Origin: Candidatus Poribacteria bacterium
GTDB lineage: Bacteria > Poribacteria > WGA-4E > WGA-3G
Direction of reading: 5' to 3'
Assembly (NCBI GenBank): GCA_965214095.1
Contig: OZ243938.1
Span: forward strand, 2,848,001-2,912,000
DNA: 64,000 bases
Part shown: piece by piece, positions 61,523 through 64,000 of the stretch
How the letters are laid out: each line of letters opens with the position of its first letter
Numbering within the stretch: position 1 is the stretch's first letter
Notes under the pieces: model-generated
What the model saw: the letters and a program-made list of their open reading frames with translations, nothing else
What the model was told of the DNA's origin: nothing
Database searches by the model: none
Position numbers and translations under genes: made by a program

Positions 61523-63475
61523 TCAACGTGGTAGGGCATGATACCCGATACCAGTAAAGAAACCGATCAACATCCAGATTGCTACCATCACATACTCCCC
61601 GAAGATTAAGCCAAAAGCAATTGGACGAATCTTACGATATGTCAACGGACCACCGAATTTAAGAGCAAAGTATTTTATACCCCATCCAATCATAATGGAA
61701 GACCATAGATGGAACGAGGGATATGTCGCACCTAATAGGTAGCCAATCGGATGGAGTGACCACCAGACGAAGCTTTGACGCATCCAGAGCATAAAGCCGG
61801 TGAAACCTGCTCCTGCGATCATACTGTAGACTTCAAGCCAGTTTGTTTCTGATGGAAACTGTATGAGTTTGTTCGTTCTATTGAAATATGCCCGTGGTGC
61901 ATTTACAAAGGGCCAACTCTGAAGGAACAGCGCGCCTTTGTCATAAACCAGTGTCAATGTCGCATAAACAGAAACCAACACCGCAACAACGATAGAGATG
62001 GCGAGAATCGGTACGATGCGTCTACGGACAAGATTAACTTCATCGGCTGCCTTGAAACTGTGCAGGAAGTTTGGCATCATGAATTCACCCCAATCCCGCA
62101 GGAACGTCCGCTGGAAACTGAGAACAGCCAGGCTTTTTTGTCCCATTGCACCTGAGCCGACCGTAAAATTGATGTAGTCGGATGGGAAGAAAGGGGCTTG
62201 CACAAGGAGTAGACCACCATTTACCACCATCCATGATAACACAACAGATGTGATGAAGATGGAAAGTAAAACGACAAACGCTACCCACGCAGTTATGCCG
62301 GCAAACATAAAAAATCCAACGAGTGTAGCAAACCCAAGCAGAAAACCGAGGAGTGCTAAACGATATGGGATAGGTTCATCAGAATCGTCAACCGTTCGAC
62401 TTTCAGTTGTGGCACGTAAGCCGAATGTCTTCCTGATAATAGATGCAATATGTTCCCGTCCACCCCAGAAAACAGCAGGTACAAAGACAAGAAACCCTCC
62501 CATGACCTGACGGCTACAACTTGCCCACGGTCCCAGTCCGAAACTGGTTGCACTCATGATGATATATTGTAATTTGAAAAACAGGAAGAAGAACCAGAGA
62601 CTGAATGACACTTCAAGCGTAAGCAACGCAGCCACCCCGATAACCGAGAAATAGATTGCAATGTTCATCGCTGGCCACATTCCGAGCGTATGCCACGGCT
62701 TTTCTGTGAAGGCGCGGTGGATGTTGTATAACAAAGGTATTTCTGGGACGTTTGGAAAGTGTGCGTGCATACCGTTGAGAAAATGTATCAGCACAGGAAA
62801 TGCCATGCCTGCCCACAACAACTTGTTCTTGAAGAATGCGTTAAGCAGCGTGCCACGTTCAGGTTCCGCAGCGAGCTGCACCGGAATCTGGACTAAGGGA
62901 AATGAGAACCTTTCACGTTCTATCCACTGTTTACGTAGGATTGTGGCAAGGCAGATGGTTGTGAAATAGAAGACGAGAACAAATAAACCCCATATCAGCA
63001 ACGGTTTGATCCATGGTGACCACGGCACGCCACCCCCTGCTGAAAGTCCTTCATAGAAATCTGTTACCGCTTGTGTATCCGTGACTACCATCCACTCTGG
63101 TATGTGGGGTTGTAGTGTTTCTGCCCAATCGTTTTCTGGAGTTGTGAAATAACTGAGTGCTACAAGGCATGGCAGCAAGAACTGGAGCAGCCCCATTGAT
63201 GGAATGCCGACTGCGACAATCAGCATCATCCAGATGACTGTCAGTTCCAGAGCGGAGAACGAAAAGCGACTGCTTCGTGTCAGTAGACGTAGTGGGAGGT
63301 TGACAACGAAAACGAGTAGGAGTAACCCGAAGATGGAACCGACAGGGAGGTGATTACCCGATATCTTTGAGTTTTCCAGAAAGTAGTTGTTGTAAGGGGT
63401 GATTGCACAGATTGCCCCGACTAAGAATAGTCCTACAAGGATGGCAGAGAATCGGATTTTGGGGCGGCGTGACAT
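61523..63475 (-). CDS. DUF6785/DUF6784-type polytopic membrane protein
   Basis: LRKQWIERERFSFPLVQIP and WWSLHPIGYLL motifs; many TM helices. Confidence 0.78.
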   Translation of the reverse strand: MSRRPKIRFSAILVGLFLVGAICAITPYNNYFLENSKISGNHLPVGSIFGLLLLVFVVNLPLRLLTRSSRFSFSALELTVIWMMLIVAVGIPSMGLLQFLLPCLVALSYFTTPENDWAETLQPHIPEWMVVTDTQAVTDFYEGLSAGGGVPWSPWIKPLLIWGLFVLVFYFTTICLATILRKQWIERERFSFPLVQIPVQLAAEPERGTLLNAFFKNKLLWAGMAFPVLIHFLNGMHAHFPNVPEIPLLYNIHRAFTEKPWHTLGMWPAMNIAIYFSVIGVAALLTLEVSFSLWFFFLFFKLQYIIMSATSFGLGPWASCSRQVMGGFLVFVPAVFWGGREHIASIIRKTFGLRATTESRTVDDSDEPIPYRLALLGFLLGFATLVGFFMFAGITAWVAFVVLLSIFITSVVLSWMVVNGGLLLVQAPFFPSDYINFTVGSGAMGQKSLAVLSFQRTFLRDWGEFMMPNFLHSFKAADEVNLVRRRIVPILAISIVVAVLVSVYATLTLVYDKGALFLQSWPFVNAPRAYFNRTNKLIQFPSETNWLEVYSMIAGAGFTGFMLWMRQSFVWWSLHPIGYLLGATYPSFHLWSSIMIGWGIKYFALKFGGPLTYRKIRPIAFGLIFGEYVMVAIWMLIGFFTGIGYHALPR

Positions 63476-63529
63476 TTTGGTTTTTCTCTGTTTTAGGCGA
63501 CCTTGGGACTAAGGAGCATTTGTAAGGTC

Positions 63530-63597
63530 ACGATTCGGAGATCGCTCCTACAAGAGATGGATTTCCTTCGTAGGAGGGAACTCCGATACCCGACTAT
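63530..63597. repeat. Divergent REP pair
   Basis: CGATTCGGAGATCGCTCCTAC and GTAGGAGGGAACTCCGATACCCGAC. Confidence 0.6.
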
Positions 63598-63614
63598 TCT
63601 TCCAGTTTCCTATC

Positions 63615-64000
63615 TTACTCTCCTTCAGGTTCGTCACGAAGGACAGGATTATAGAGGCAGAGCTCAGCGTCTACGATTCTGCCATCAGGTAAGGTATAGG
63701 CGTTCGGTGTGCCTCTACCCCACGATGCTTTCCAATCTTTGCTGCGTTCTTTATCTATTTCCTTCTGTTGTTCAACATCTTCCCATTCAAATCCGCTCAT
63801 GAGTTGTTCATGTAGAGATGCTTCCAATTCACTGAGTTCAGGTTTTCCAGTCAGATTTTCAAATTCCTCGGGGTCGTTTTCCAAATCAAACAGGATGGAC
63901 TCGTCTTCAGGGAAAGCGACATATTTGTACCGAGGCGTTCTCAACATCCGCATTGGGCCGGTTGTTTGGGGTGCCCAATATTCGCTGATGGCAGTGTTTC
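63615..64000 (-). CDS. Sulfatase C-terminal part; gene starts beyond the window
   Basis: ISEY...RMLRTPRYKYV...LFDLENDPEEFENL. Confidence 0.75.
   Translation of the reverse strand, partial: NTAISEYWAPQTTGPMRMLRTPRYKYVAFPEDESILFDLENDPEEFENLTGKPELSELEASLHEQLMSGFEWEDVEQQKEIDKERSKDWKASWGRGTPNAYTLPDGRIVDAELCLYNPVLRDEPEGE

Overview
A low-GC bacterial chromosomal window that looks like Candidatus Poribacteria. This is an inference from the protein families present: WD40 proteins with a QWxLPxGAKxRLGKG N-terminus, LamG proteins ending in K(L/V)xTTWxxLK, a DUF6785 membrane protein and sulfatases. Housekeeping genes (nadA, comEC, glyA, folC, hppA, ilvD, rluD, katG) are interspersed with secreted repeat proteins and many REP/MITE-like intergenic repeats. 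The best candidate for an undescribed system is 50058-55340 (minus strand). It holds an ECF sigma factor, four paralogous proteins of unrecognised family built from a ~35-40-aa repeat, and three tandem ferredoxins. Two copies of a 32-bp ECF-type promoter motif with identical arms and spacing lie upstream of the sigma gene and of the first paralog. Other notable items: a shared C-terminal sorting-like motif on six proteins, with a PorV-family gene and a giant Ig-repeat protein nearby; a tandem TPR/WD40 array with degenerate copies of the comEC 3' end; TATAGT-ended MITEs carrying different REP cargo; a palindromic operator shared by the katG and LamG promoters; an internally deleted but in-frame toxin; and a decayed integrase/partition/helicase island. 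No tRNA, rRNA or CRISPR array was seen. All family assignments are by motif recognition only; no searches were run.
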